A stretch of DNA of 64,000 nt, taken from Tetramitus jugosus (taxonomy: Eukaryota; Protista; Heterolobosea). The notes under the pieces were generated by a model, which made no database searches, was not told the DNA's origin, and saw only the letters and a program-made list of their open reading frames with translations. The DNA lies in assembly GCA_937625935.1 (NCBI GenBank), contig OW569354.1, forward strand, positions 310,001 to 374,000, read 5' to 3'. Made by a program: the position numbers and the translations under genes. This document shows, piece after piece, positions 23,512 through 34,841 of this stretch; positions within the stretch are counted from its first letter, which is position 1, and each line of letters opens with the position of its first letter.

Positions 23512-24954
23512 ATGATGCATCAAACAACAAACAAAACACTAGCAGATTCAACTCTACACTACGCACTGTGCAATGGTCTCCTCATGATCAACAAACACAC
23601 CAAACAAGTGCAAGCTGTTCCCTGTACACTGTCCTCTCAGGTCAATCTCGTTTCCAGAGAACAATTCAACAAGGTTCAGAGAATACAGCCTGCTTTGAAT
23701 CAATTGGTTCAAGACATTTCAGTCAATAGAGATTTTTTGAGATTGAGCTTGGAGCATGTGATTGAAGAGGATGACTTTACGAAAAAATTGTTTGAGATTT
23801 ATGAGGAACAGCAGTCAGATGAAGCGAGTTATGGGAACAAGGTACAAATGGGTATTCATCGATCGGATTACATGCTTCATTTTGACCAGTCCAACGAGAC
23901 AAACAATGGAGTTTTACAACAAGTGGAATTGAACACAATTTCGAGTGCGTTTGGTGCGTTGAGCACAAAAGCAACATTGATGCATCAAATGCTGGCGAGT
24001 AAACCAGGTGTCAAGGTCGAAGTTTCACCCAGTTTTTACAATAATGTCAAGTGCTTGCATTCGGGTCATCAAGTGTTCAAGAATTTGATTGCAAAGGATG
24101 CTCTATTGTTGGATACTCATCAGGAGAATCATCGAGAACCAGTCATTTTGTTTGTTGTTCAGCCAGATGAGGGCAATTTTGCAGATCAGAGACATTACGA
24201 GTATGAACTGTATAGAGAGTATGGTGTTCGATGCGTGAGAAAGACGTTGACCGAGTTGGCCACAGAAGCAAAGGTCGATGCTCATGGCTTCCTATTTATC
24301 GAAGACAATGTACCAGTCAGTGTTGTGTACTTTAGGTCTGGATATGGACCAGGTGATTATCCAACGGAACAGGAGTGGAATGCGAGAAGATTGTTGGAGT
24401 CGTCCAAGGCAATCAACTGTCCTTCCATTGGATATCAATTGGCAGGAACAAAAAAGGTGCAACAAATCTTGGCCGATCCAAAGAATTTGTCGCAATTCAT
24501 CAAGGATGATTCTCTCGTTCAGGCACTCATGGAAACATTTACAGGTATTTATGCACTGTCGAATCCGGATCATGCAGAGCACATTGCCGATGCAATCAAC
24601 AACCCACAAGACTACGTGTTGAAGCCTCAGAGAGAAGGTGGAGGCAACTTGATTTTTGGAGAAAAGATGGTTGAAATGTTAAAGGACGAGAAGCAGAGCA
24701 AATCGCAGCAATATATTCTAATGAAGCGCATTTGTCCGCGCGGAACCCCTACCGTGTTTTTCAAGGATGGAGTCACTGATGAGTCATTGGGTGTCAGCGA
24801 ACTAGGCATATTTGGTACTTTTGTCGGCAGTGCAAACAAGATTCATCTCAACGAATGCTCAGGTTATTTGCTCCGTACCAAGAAGGAAGGAGTTGAAGAC
24901 GGAGGTGTGGCCAGTGGTGTAGCTGTTCTTGATTCATTGGCTTTCACTGACTAA
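23512..24954 (+). CDS. GSS: Glutathione synthetase (eukaryotic type)
   Basis: GIHRSDYM, QQVELNTIS, VVYFRSGY, LAGTKKVQQ, VLKPQREGGGN, VSELGIFG and GGVASGVAVLDS. Confidence 0.95.
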   Translation: MMHQTTNKTLADSTLHYALCNGLLMINKHTKQVQAVPCTLSSQVNLVSREQFNKVQRIQPALNQLVQDISVNRDFLRLSLEHVIEEDDFTKKLFEIYEEQQSDEASYGNKVQMGIHRSDYMLHFDQSNETNNGVLQQVELNTISSAFGALSTKATLMHQMLASKPGVKVEVSPSFYNNVKCLHSGHQVFKNLIAKDALLLDTHQENHREPVILFVVQPDEGNFADQRHYEYELYREYGVRCVRKTLTELATEAKVDAHGFLFIEDNVPVSVVYFRSGYGPGDYPTEQEWNARRLLESSKAINCPSIGYQLAGTKKVQQILADPKNLSQFIKDDSLVQALMETFTGIYALSNPDHAEHIADAINNPQDYVLKPQREGGGNLIFGEKMVEMLKDEKQSKSQQYILMKRICPRGTPTVFFKDGVTDESLGVSELGIFGTFVGSANKIHLNECSGYLLRTKKEGVEDGGVASGVAVLDSLAFTD

Positions 24955-25121
24955 TCGCTCATATTCAACGACAACAACTTCTGACTTGCAACAGTCAATC
25001 CAAGAATAAAGTCGCCAAACGTTGGGTGCATTTCGCGATTGTGCCTCACCAAAAATTTGATCTCTCAAACAACAACAACAAGAGCAAATAAAAAAACAAC
25101 GATAACAAGAGCAAAAGAAGA

Positions 25122-27515
25122 ATGGGCAAAGCCACTCTTAGCATCCAATCCATTGACTTTACAAAATATTGGCATGCTCTACGCGATGATATGCTAAAGA
25201 TTTTGTTTCATCCATTGTCTGTTGAACATCGACCCAAATACTCTTGGGAACGCCTTCATCAGTTCATTTATCGAATATGCACGGGTCGTTGCTATCATTT
25301 GGGCATTGATGAGCATCAGAGGATTGAGAGTGGAGAGAAACTGACATTTTCATGCCCAGAAAACAACAGTCCACAACCAAAATTGTTGTACTTTGTTGTG
25401 CGAAAATCGATTGAACGGTACATGAGAGATCACTTGTGCAGTTGTTGTGATGATGACGATGCTGATCCTGATGATACTAATGATAGTAGTGATCAAAAGA
25501 CAAAGAGTAGTCAATACACGGGAGTGCACATTGTGCACATGGGAATGGATCTGTTAAAGTTTTATGTGAATCATTGGGATAATTATTCGATTGGTATTGA
25601 TTCGTTGAATGGAATTTTCTTGTACATGACCAGAGATTGGATCATACCGAATCAGACAAAATATGTCGAAGGATCAGCCGATTTGGAGAATGGTGTCTAT
25701 TCGATTCGAGTGTTGGGATACTTGTTGTTTCGACAAGTGTTTTATGAGAAAATTCAGTCCAATCTGCAGAACACGGTACTCGAGTTGATTCATCAGAACA
25801 GAGAGTTGGGCGATCAGTTTGATGAGTATGATTTGTTGGAGCGATATGTGCGATCTGTTTCACGATTGGGATTCGATGGATTAGAGTGGTATGAAGCAGT
25901 GTTTGAGCAACACTTTTTGAAGGAGACCGAAGAGTACTATAAAATCAAGTGTGCGGCTGTTTCCTCAGTTTCCGAATATTTGAATACGATGCTTCACCAC
26001 TTGCGATTGGAAGAGAAGATTTCTGGTCGATACTTGCTATCTTCGACGAAACCAAAGCTCATGTCCATATGTATCAATCACATGATTCACAAGAACTCTG
26101 ATATGTTGTTCGCCGTTTTGCCAGATTGGCTAAAGTATGACAATCGCTCCGATTTAAAGAACTTTTATGCACTGATGAAGCATTCGAATGAGGCAAGCGT
26201 AAAATTGCGAAATTATTTCCATGAACATGTACGGGAGAGTACCGAAGATCGATTAGAGATTGTTAGAAGGGAGAGTCCTGATATATGGAAAAACACTGTT
26301 GATACTTTGATTAATGTTTATCTTCATTTTACTGGATTGATTGAGCAGGTGTTTGATAGGGATACCGAGCTTATATTGGCACGTGATGGAGCACTGAAAT
26401 CTGTCATTTCGCGTACCAAAAACTTTCCTGAATGGTTGGCTAAGAAGATGAATGCCATTTTGCGTGGTAGTGAAAAGTTATTGAACGAAGAAGAGAACGA
26501 AATACAACTGAACACGATATTGAAGCTGTATACGCTTCTCACTTCCGGAGACGCATTCCTAAAATTTTATTCAGTTTATTTTGGCAAAAGACTGATACAA
26601 GGTGTTTATTCTCATGACAACGAAGCAGCCATGTTGGGAAAGTTGAAACAAATATGTTCGTTTGGTGAGGTTTACAAACTGCAGCGAATGTTCAATGATA
26701 TCCACATGTCTGAAGACTTGAATAATCGATTCAATGCCCACATATCGAACATGCAAGCGACGAGTAGCATTGATTTCTCATGTACAATTCTAACACTTGG
26801 TAGTTGGCCATTGTTAGAAACCAATGTCAAATGTATGGTACCCCGGTCATTGGAGCCCATGATGAACCAGTTCGCCGAGTATTACATAAGTCAGCATCAG
26901 GGTAGAAAATTGCAGTGGGTCCCTTCAGTATCCAAAGGTATTGTTCGATCGAATTGCTGGGCCTCCCCCTATGAATTCCAAGTATCATGGTTGCAGCTCT
27001 GTGTGTTGTATCACTTTAACGAAATGGATCAATGTACAGTGGAGGAGTTGCAACGTGTAACAGACATGGACAATACAAGTCTCCATCAAACTTTACACAC
27101 ATTGTATTCAGCAAAGGTTCTCATTATTCAAAGAGAGGGAGTTCCCTTGCTTGACGACAAGAAGTTATTGATTCAATCGAGTGACATTGTATCCCTGAAT
27201 TTTGGCTTCAGTAACAAGCGGCTACGAATCTCACTGTTTGCCCTTGCTACAAAAGGGTTGAGCGATGAAACTCATAGCAAAGTTGTGCAACAGATCGATG
27301 ATGATCGCAAATACGTGATACAAGCAATAATTGTTCGGATCATGAAGTCACGAAAATCGATGAATCATAGAGAACTGGTCGGCATGGTATTATCTCAACT
27401 GCAGCACTTTAGGCCATCCGTCACAGATGTAAAGAAGAATATTGAACATTTGATAGAGATGGATTATTTGGCAAGACATGTCACACACTCTGAAATATAT
27501 AATTACGTTGCATAA
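25122..27515 (+). CDS. Cullin (CUL1/CUL2-like)
   Basis: KLQRMFNDI, ILTLGSWP, GRKLQW and the neddylation motif IQAIIVRIMKSRK...IEHLIEMDYLAR...YNYVA. Confidence 0.92.
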   Translation: MGKATLSIQSIDFTKYWHALRDDMLKILFHPLSVEHRPKYSWERLHQFIYRICTGRCYHLGIDEHQRIESGEKLTFSCPENNSPQPKLLYFVVRKSIERYMRDHLCSCCDDDDADPDDTNDSSDQKTKSSQYTGVHIVHMGMDLLKFYVNHWDNYSIGIDSLNGIFLYMTRDWIIPNQTKYVEGSADLENGVYSIRVLGYLLFRQVFYEKIQSNLQNTVLELIHQNRELGDQFDEYDLLERYVRSVSRLGFDGLEWYEAVFEQHFLKETEEYYKIKCAAVSSVSEYLNTMLHHLRLEEKISGRYLLSSTKPKLMSICINHMIHKNSDMLFAVLPDWLKYDNRSDLKNFYALMKHSNEASVKLRNYFHEHVRESTEDRLEIVRRESPDIWKNTVDTLINVYLHFTGLIEQVFDRDTELILARDGALKSVISRTKNFPEWLAKKMNAILRGSEKLLNEEENEIQLNTILKLYTLLTSGDAFLKFYSVYFGKRLIQGVYSHDNEAAMLGKLKQICSFGEVYKLQRMFNDIHMSEDLNNRFNAHISNMQATSSIDFSCTILTLGSWPLLETNVKCMVPRSLEPMMNQFAEYYISQHQGRKLQWVPSVSKGIVRSNCWASPYEFQVSWLQLCVLYHFNEMDQCTVEELQRVTDMDNTSLHQTLHTLYSAKVLIIQREGVPLLDDKKLLIQSSDIVSLNFGFSNKRLRISLFALATKGLSDETHSKVVQQIDDDRKYVIQAIIVRIMKSRKSMNHRELVGMVLSQLQHFRPSVTDVKKNIEHLIEMDYLARHVTHSEIYNYVA

Positions 27516-27536
27516 CTTTATTTACATTCTTAATAA

Positions 27537-28835
27537 TTACTTGTTGAACCATTTCTTCTCGCTCTCCTGTACACACTTCTCAAAATAGTGATCATCCATA
27601 ATTGCGAGGTAGGGTTCGCTCTTCCAAATATTGAGGCCAGCATGTTGGTTCTGATCTAGTGCATGTCCAGTGTTGGCATCAATCAAGCTAATGATACCTC
27701 TCGTGGGCCAACCAGGCATCACTGCATTGTCATCGAAGAAAATCTGTAGTATGCTTTGATCTTCTGGATCAATGACAAATCTCTTACCACTCTCTGCTTC
27801 CTCTCTATTGGCATTCCACCAGTACCAATAATCTCGATAAAATGCTGATGTACCATCCTGTGTAGCTCGTAGTAGTGTATTATAGATATCTTTCACTCCC
27901 TTGATCAAATGCACTCTGTCTGGACTTGGCTTCTGATGTTGAATCAATTGTTCAATCGGAATTGAAGGATCAACAGCTTGGTTCATCTCTACCGGACGTT
28001 TCAAACTTCCAGTAACAAGATAAGAATTGTGACCCTCATTTCCATTGACATACAAGTATCCAATTGCATAGTTGTCAGGTTTCTCTGTCAAATCGAGAAT
28101 CTTGTTTTTAAGAGACTCCTTCAGATTGTCATCCAATGTGAAATAGGCATGCTTGCCCTGACAAAAATCATTAAACTCTGAACAGACGTTATGCACATCA
28201 TGTTCATCACCAAACGTCCTGAAGATTATCGCATATTCAATCTCTCCACTCAATCGTCTTCTTTCGAGCCATTTGACCAAATTGAACAAAGAAGGAATCA
28301 AATTAACAGTTTGATCCACAGAAAAGGCAGAAGACAATGGAGAATGTGTCTTGACCAATAGTCGTTCTAACAGTGCCTCTTGATGCTTTGAGAACTGTTC
28401 TCCAATGTTCCCCTTGGCAGTAAAGTGATCCAAAAGCGCTCTTCTCTTTGACTTTACTGCGGCATTGTGTTTCAGCTGTTGAGCTAACAACGATGTTCCA
28501 TCATTGTCATTACTATTGCTCTCTACTTTCACATAGGGATAAATGAACTCTTCAATAAAGGAATAGAAAGAGATGATCTCTGTTCCTTGATCAAGGGATA
28601 GTGGTACGTCTACTGTTGGTTCAGAGCTCAGACAAGTCCATCCATGCTTGATCTTATATTCATCAGTGACACCTTTCTTGTTTAGCTCATCGTGGTTGAC
28701 TCTTCCCCACACGCAAGCAGCAATGATCTCATTGGTTACAGTTTCGGTGCTTTTACCACTTGCACTGTCAGAGATAATAATGGTTTTATTGATATCCAGA
28801 TGGATCAACAAACGAGGAGGAGCTTGTGTGTTCAT
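27537..28835 (-). CDS. Uncharacterised conserved protein with HAD-like motifs
   Basis: LLIHLDINKTII (motif I-like), IIFRTFGDE and QIFFDDNA (motif IV-like); likely ATG at 28835. Confidence 0.7.
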   Translation of the reverse strand: MNTQAPPRLLIHLDINKTIIISDSASGKSTETVTNEIIAACVWGRVNHDELNKKGVTDEYKIKHGWTCLSSEPTVDVPLSLDQGTEIISFYSFIEEFIYPYVKVESNSNDNDGTSLLAQQLKHNAAVKSKRRALLDHFTAKGNIGEQFSKHQEALLERLLVKTHSPLSSAFSVDQTVNLIPSLFNLVKWLERRRLSGEIEYAIIFRTFGDEHDVHNVCSEFNDFCQGKHAYFTLDDNLKESLKNKILDLTEKPDNYAIGYLYVNGNEGHNSYLVTGSLKRPVEMNQAVDPSIPIEQLIQHQKPSPDRVHLIKGVKDIYNTLLRATQDGTSAFYRDYWYWWNANREEAESGKRFVIDPEDQSILQIFFDDNAVMPGWPTRGIISLIDANTGHALDQNQHAGLNIWKSEPYLAIMDDHYFEKCVQESEKKWFNK

Positions 28836-29180
28836 TGTGATGTTTGCTACTGATTTTGTTTTGGTAAAGGCGGCTTTGTGGCCACGAAAAAGAGACACCT
28901 TCAAGCAAACTAGTTTTTGTTGATCTCCTAACCGAACTGTTGAGGTCAATTGATAATAATATGGTGAAACACCTTTTCATTCTGCCAGATAGTTTTCTCT
29001 CAACACTGTTCACCAAAGACGAACAAAAAGTCCATGAATACAATTTCCTTCTTTTCCAGTTGAAGGATCATCATTGTAAGAGTTCGGGAGTTCACCAGAA
29101 CTCACCGTACAAAAAAAGCTTGCAAATTTTGTTCCAGCAAAAACAACCAACACATAAACAAGCGCAATTATTCATTAAAC

Positions 29181-30281
29181 ATGAGCAGCAGTAGTACACA
29201 AAGCTTGTTATCTAGATTCGAAGCATCCATGATTCTGTCCGCTGTCGGTGACGCCGTGGGCTACCGTCGTGGAAAATGGGAATTTTTGAAGAATGGACCA
29301 AAAATTCATCAACAGTTCAATGATATGGGACGTTTCGCTGGTCTGCATGTCAATGATGCGAGAAGTTGGCCAGTTTCTGATGATACTGTCATGCATTTGG
29401 CCACAGCAGAAACATTGACTGATTCTGCCTTTGCTTCTCTGTCCTTCCATGATCAAATTACTTTGTTGACTCAAAAGTATGATGTGAGCATGAATGATAT
29501 GAATGGTCGTGGACCTGGACTCAAGTGTATTCAATCACTCAATATGCTTCATAGGCATCCTGAGCTGTGGAACAAGATGGTGTACGATAAGGCAGGTGGT
29601 GGCTGTGGTGGTAGCATGAGAGCCATGTGCATTGGTTTGAGATATTTTGGAGAGGAGAAGCGCAAGGATTTGATTCGTTACTCTGTTGAAAGTGGAAGAA
29701 TCACTCATAATCACGTCAATGGCTTCATGGGTGCTGTTGTCAGTGCTGCATTCACTGCGTTTGCTGTAGAACAGATCCCTCCAAGACAGTGGGGTCGTCT
29801 GTTGCTTGATTCGATTATTCCACAAACCTTGAACTATATTGGAGAGTCCGGAAGAGATGTGGAGCAAGTGAAGATGGATATGAAGAAATTTGAGAGCAAA
29901 TTCTTGGACTATATGCAGCAAAGAAATGTTGTTAGTGGTGAGACTGAACCACAATTCCCTGAAAAGTATGGAGTTGAAGAAAGAGATCAATTCTATAATA
30001 CTTGGAGTTTCAATGGATGGGCTGGTGCCTCTGGAGATGACTCGGTTATTATTTCGTATGATGCTGTTTTGGGTTCAGGAAATGATTGGGAGAAGCTTGT
30101 TGAGAGAGGTGTTCTGCATTATGGCGATAACGATAGCACAGGTGCAATCTCTTGTGCATGGTTCGGTGCTTTGTATGGTTACCCTGACGCCCAAAAGTAT
30201 CAGCAGAACTGGAAGGGTATCGAGTATGAAGGTAGATTGAAAAAGCAAGCAGAACTTTTGTATCAACTTGCCACTAAGTAA
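29181..30281 (+). CDS. ADPRH: ADP-ribosylarginine hydrolase (ARH1/ADPRH-like)
   Basis: VGDAVGY, WPVSDDTVMHLATAE, GCGGSMRAMCIGLRY, ESGRITHNH and HYGDNDSTGAI. Confidence 0.9.
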   Translation: MSSSSTQSLLSRFEASMILSAVGDAVGYRRGKWEFLKNGPKIHQQFNDMGRFAGLHVNDARSWPVSDDTVMHLATAETLTDSAFASLSFHDQITLLTQKYDVSMNDMNGRGPGLKCIQSLNMLHRHPELWNKMVYDKAGGGCGGSMRAMCIGLRYFGEEKRKDLIRYSVESGRITHNHVNGFMGAVVSAAFTAFAVEQIPPRQWGRLLLDSIIPQTLNYIGESGRDVEQVKMDMKKFESKFLDYMQQRNVVSGETEPQFPEKYGVEERDQFYNTWSFNGWAGASGDDSVIISYDAVLGSGNDWEKLVERGVLHYGDNDSTGAISCAWFGALYGYPDAQKYQQNWKGIEYEGRLKKQAELLYQLATK

Positions 30282-30450
30282 ATGTAAACAATTGTATTAT
30301 TGAAAGAACTCAAGATCTGTAAATGTCGGATCAATAAGTGAACCATCACCGTTGTAAACCTCTGGTCAACTTCCATTCAAAGGTTGTCCGCGATAGCAAA
30401 AAAGCACTGCGGGTTTGCGGACTGCGCATCTGAAGAAACACATACAAGCC

Positions 30451-31191
30451 ATGAGAGTCAACACGAACACTCACGTACTAACTGCACAAGATTTCTCTGA
30501 TCTCTTGCCCAAGAAGCAAGAATTTGCTTCAAAAGACAAGAATTTAGCTCTCATCACTAGACCTGGGAATACTGAACGGGTGGCATTCTTCAACAGACTC
30601 CTCCAGTTGCTTGATGAGGAGAATGTCCAGTTCCCTGATGTTCAAAACAAGATTATTCATCCCTCTAGAGTAAGATACTACATGGAGAGACACCTTCAAT
30701 CCACACTATCACCCAATCTCAAACTGCGAGACTTTCTCTCTGCTCACATGGAAGTAGTCCAAGCATTATTGGACGATGTTGAGAGCAATGTCTCCAATTT
30801 AATTTCTTTTTATGACACAAACATAGCTCAAGAACTACAACCATTTAATCCGGACTCAGTAAAGACAAGCTTCACCTTCAAGTTGGTAGATGATGATATG
30901 TGTTCTAAGTTCCACTTTGACCACAACTTGTACAGACTTCTATGCACTTACAAGGGAGAAGGAACTGAATGGATGCCAAATCAATATGTCCGAAGAAACA
31001 GCCAGTGCGATTGTAAGGACCACGAGCTCGTGCAAGACTATAGTAAGAAAGAAATCGTCCAAGAGAACTGGGTCACTATTCTAAAAGGAGGAAAATTTTC
31101 AAAGGAAAATCCAATTGTACATAGATCTCCATCAGTAAGATCAATGCAGGACAGGAGAGTATTGTTGAGAGTGGACATCCTGCTTCAGTAG
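30451..31191 (+). CDS. DUF1826 domain protein
   Basis: MCSKFHFDHNLYRLLCTYKGEGTEW...LKG...IVHRSP...RRVLLRVD matches the DUF1826 pattern. Confidence 0.85.
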   Translation: MRVNTNTHVLTAQDFSDLLPKKQEFASKDKNLALITRPGNTERVAFFNRLLQLLDEENVQFPDVQNKIIHPSRVRYYMERHLQSTLSPNLKLRDFLSAHMEVVQALLDDVESNVSNLISFYDTNIAQELQPFNPDSVKTSFTFKLVDDDMCSKFHFDHNLYRLLCTYKGEGTEWMPNQYVRRNSQCDCKDHELVQDYSKKEIVQENWVTILKGGKFSKENPIVHRSPSVRSMQDRRVLLRVDILLQ

Positions 31192-31727
31192 TTTTCATCG
31201 GCTGAGGACGGACAATTCCCCAGATTTTCGGACGGACTGTCCCTGAAACAAGGAAAAAATAAAGCGCGATTGTTCATGAGCGAGGATATCCTCGCAGAAA
31301 TTATAGTTTTGATCTTTGAACCTCACTCAATCAACTGATCAGTTGATACTCACTTTGACATCTGGCTTGGCAGAAGGTCACTCTTGTGTATTGGCCATTG
31401 TGAGGGATTTTTTAGGACATTGCGAAAACGCCGTAACACCGGACGCCGCTATTTTTGCGTCAGACGCTCCAACAGGCTAAATTTGTTGACCCGAAGCACG
31501 CATCCTCCAGACCAGTTAGCGGTGTGTCTTTTGGACAGATTGGCACAAACTAAAAAATATCTCCCAACCTACACCATCCATCGTAACCAAACCCACGATA
31601 CGCACATCCCTCACCACAAAACAAAAACAAACCCAAATAGTCTCATTGTTTTGTTCCACAACAACCACTGCCAAATAACGCGAAAAACAACAATATTATT
31701 CCAACTACAACAACTACACCAACTGAA

Positions 31728-33017
31728 ATGAGAATTGACAGGAGCTTTATTGTAGAGCTGGTGGATAGCTTTACCAACAGCACATCCACACATTTCCCAC
31801 TGTGGACAAAATTAACAACAGATGAAGTGCTCAACCAAATGAGAAACCAAATGTCAGCTTCAACACTCGTTTTCCTAGTGTTTAGTTGTCTTGTTCTCAG
31901 TTTTGTTGTAGCTTTCATCATTAGAGAGGTTTACACCCTGTTTCACTTGAAGAATTTGAAGGGCAAAGTGGTATGTAACACGTGTGTCAAGACATTGTGG
32001 TGGTTAGTTGGTTGATCTCCTTTGCGGATATCCGTGTCGAATCCCTCTGATTTTTTCTGTTCAATTTGTGCGCACGCGAAAAAAATCAACCGCCACCAAT
32101 ATCCGTCTCTTTTCTCAAATTTGTGTAGCTTGTGTGGGGCTAACGTGCTTCGTTTTTTTTTACGATAAAATCACCAGGTTTTGATCACTGGAGGTGCCAG
32201 CGGAATTGGTAGACTGATCGCAAAGAGATGCTGTCAATTGGGCAGCACTGTTGTCATCTGGGATGTCAATGAAGAATTTCTTGAAAAGACTGTCCGTGAC
32301 TTGTCTAGCCTTGAAGGCAAGATTTACGGCTACAAGGTCGATATCACTGACTATCAAAAGGTGTATGAGGTGGCTGAGAAGGTCAAGCGTGATGTCGGTG
32401 CCAGTGTCGATGTTCTCATCAACAATGCCGGTGTCATCATGGGCAAGAACCTATTGAACTCTTCAGAGAAGGAAATTATGCTCACAATGAACGTGAACAC
32501 ACTGTCTCACTTTTGGACTGTCAAGGCATTCTTGCCAGATATGATTCAGAAGAAGGAGGGTCACATTGTCACTGTTGCGAGTGCTTGTGGCATTGCAGCT
32601 ACATCTGGCATGCCAGACTATGTTGCTAGCAAGTTTGCTACCATTGGTTTCAATGACTCGTTGCGTGTGGAGCTCAAGCAAAGTCCTGATACGGTCAATA
32701 TTAAGACTCTGTGTGTTTGTCCATACTATATCAACACTGGTATGTTCACTGGTGTCAAGAATGGATTTTTGCCACTGTTGGAACCAGAGTATGTCGCTGA
32801 TCGTATCGTCAACAGTATTCAGAGATGTGATGAAGCACTGTTTATGCCATGGACAATCAAGACATCGTACCTGTTCAAGTTTATCGCTCCAATATGGCTC
32901 CAGGATTTGGGACTTGATGTTCTCGGTGTTTCGCGGAGTATGCAGACCTTCAAGGGCAGAACAGACAACTCTCATGTGAGCACCATTACAAATCTCGTTC
33001 AAAAGAAGAATGTATGA
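31728..33017 (+). CDS. Short-chain dehydrogenase/reductase (RDH10/HSD17B11-like); intron 31971-32177
   Basis: N-terminal TM, LKGKV/VLITGGASGIG, LINNAG and catalytic YVASK. Confidence 0.92.
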
Positions 33018-33247
33018 GCCTGGTGTTGATAGTAACGATTACACTTCTCATTCTAACGACTCAATTGACACAGATCGAACTGCGATCGCATCAAGCGAGG
33101 TGTGTCCTCGCATGGTTTGTGCTAGGTGAACACAACAGACATGATGATTGGATTCCAGGCACTTCCAATTAATTGTACATACACAAATATACTTTTTATT
33201 AAATAAGTAGCACACAATCAATTCATAAAATATTTTGTTGACTTTAT

Positions 33248-34180
33248 TTATTGCTCATGCAACCAGTCCTCTCTGTATGAGTGCAAGACAGGAGTGATTG
33301 CCTTCGTGTTTGGCCATTCCAAGCCTAAATGGTGTTGATGAACCTTGTATATGCCCAACACTTGATCATCATCTGGGTGCAATATGTGCCAGACTAGCCC
33401 TTCGATCTGCGCATAAGGATTCTCTAGGGCCTTGAACCAATCAAGCAGCTTATTGACACCAACAGTGCTCAAGTCATTGGCATCGGTCATAAATTTGCTT
33501 ACTTCTGTCTGTGGCAACTCAATTGATCCATGCCCAATCAGAAAATGTTGATTCACATCGGCTGGGAATTGGTAGAGATTACCATTAATCTTCGGACCTA
33601 CGAGCTCAAATGTCTTATTCTGTATTTCGGATGCATTGATATCGATATGAACAACCTTTAGTTGCGCGTGGTTGTCCGGAGACAATTGCAACACTTTTAA
33701 CTCCTTCCCATCGACAACACTGGATGCGTGCCAAACATCGGCCCGATCCGTAGAAGAAACAGGAACCCAACCGACAATGTGCTGTGAATTGTGATAATCG
33801 CTGTGTATCACGTGTGCATTTGCATCAGCAGCCACCCAACCTTCAGGTGTATCCTTGAAATGCTTCTTGACATGAAACTTGAGCTCTACATTGTCTTTGC
33901 CCTTGTTGCGAATCAACCGTTGTAATTTTCTGTTTTCTTCTTGTCCTGCACGGTTCAATTTCTTATCAAAGCGCTTCCAGAGTTGACCATTACGAACCAA
34001 ACAACAAGTGCCATCCATTTTGACCGTAGTTTTCACAATTGGCTTCACAGTGTTGCTGCTGTTGAACAAGGCAGCAATTTCCTTTCGAAGTGTGCCTGTT
34101 GCCAAATTTTCCTTGGTCTGTTCATTGAATTGCGTTTCGAATAGGCATGCAATCTTGTCTTGTACTTGACCTGCGATCAT
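33248..34180 (-). CDS. RLIG1: RNA ligase RLIG1/C12orf29-like (DUF5565)
   Basis: GQVQDKIACLF, adenylation motif KMDGTCC, HIVGWVPV, FELVGPKINGN, IEGLVWH and KVHQHHLGLEWP. Confidence 0.85.
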   Translation of the reverse strand: MIAGQVQDKIACLFETQFNEQTKENLATGTLRKEIAALFNSSNTVKPIVKTTVKMDGTCCLVRNGQLWKRFDKKLNRAGQEENRKLQRLIRNKGKDNVELKFHVKKHFKDTPEGWVAADANAHVIHSDYHNSQHIVGWVPVSSTDRADVWHASSVVDGKELKVLQLSPDNHAQLKVVHIDINASEIQNKTFELVGPKINGNLYQFPADVNQHFLIGHGSIELPQTEVSKFMTDANDLSTVGVNKLLDWFKALENPYAQIEGLVWHILHPDDDQVLGIYKVHQHHLGLEWPNTKAITPVLHSYREDWLHEQ

Positions 34181-34417
34181 GATATCGTTGGTGTTTGTGG
34201 TTGCTTGTTTCGATGGTTTTTCTGTTCGTTGTGTTTTGTGGTTTGTGGTTGTTGTTCTGCTCTCAAAGGAGCAAAGAAATCCTTTTCAAGCAATTGTGCC
34301 AATCGACAGCTCAGCTTTTCAGAGTTCGTGTTGGATGCAAACTCAAACTCGCATCAAATTGAACCACAACAATAAAAACAAGTTCTTTTTGTTGTGTCGG
34401 TGCTGGTTGGCAAAAAT

Positions 34418-34750
34418 ATGAGCAATCAAAATTCGAATGTTGCTACGATACAGCACCTGTATGAAGCAGAGAAGAGAGAGAGAATACGGTTGGAGAATCT
34501 CGTGTTGGAGTACAAGCAAGAAGTTGAGACGTTAAAGTCACTGCTTTTACAACAGGCACAACAACAACAACAACAGGATAGTAGCTCAGAGGTCTCCTCC
34601 ACTCAGAGAACGACAACAGATTCTTCTGCTCACCAGATCAAAGAAGAACAAACACCTACCTTTGTTGCTCCACCATTCAAGATGGCTCCCACCAGTATCC
34701 GACCACCAAACACCATTTCTTCTCCGTCAGCGGATAATTCATCGGAATGA
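34418..34750 (+). CDS. Small coiled-coil protein, unknown function
   Basis: ATG ORF with heptad segment [30 protein letters not shown] and a Q-rich tract. Confidence 0.5.
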   Translation: MSNQNSNVATIQHLYEAEKRERIRLENLVLEYKQEVETLKSLLLQQAQQQQQQDSSSEVSSTQRTTTDSSAHQIKEEQTPTFVAPPFKMAPTSIRPPNTISSPSADNSSE

Positions 34751-34841
34751 AAATCTTGTAAAAATTTTGCCGCCAATCTTTGTGAAAAAAAGCAAAACTA
34801 ATCATCTTGTTCTTCAACCAAGCGCCAACAACAACAACAAA

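Noticed and set aside
31330-31347. Perfect 18-bp palindrome ATCAACTGATCAGTTGAT
   Set aside because: Single occurrence with no associated element; cannot be told from chance.
33018-33160. Region bounded by GCCTGG/CCAGGC with small internal hairpins after the SDR stop
   Set aside because: Short stems only and no recognisable ncRNA boxes in the right order; probably 3' UTR.
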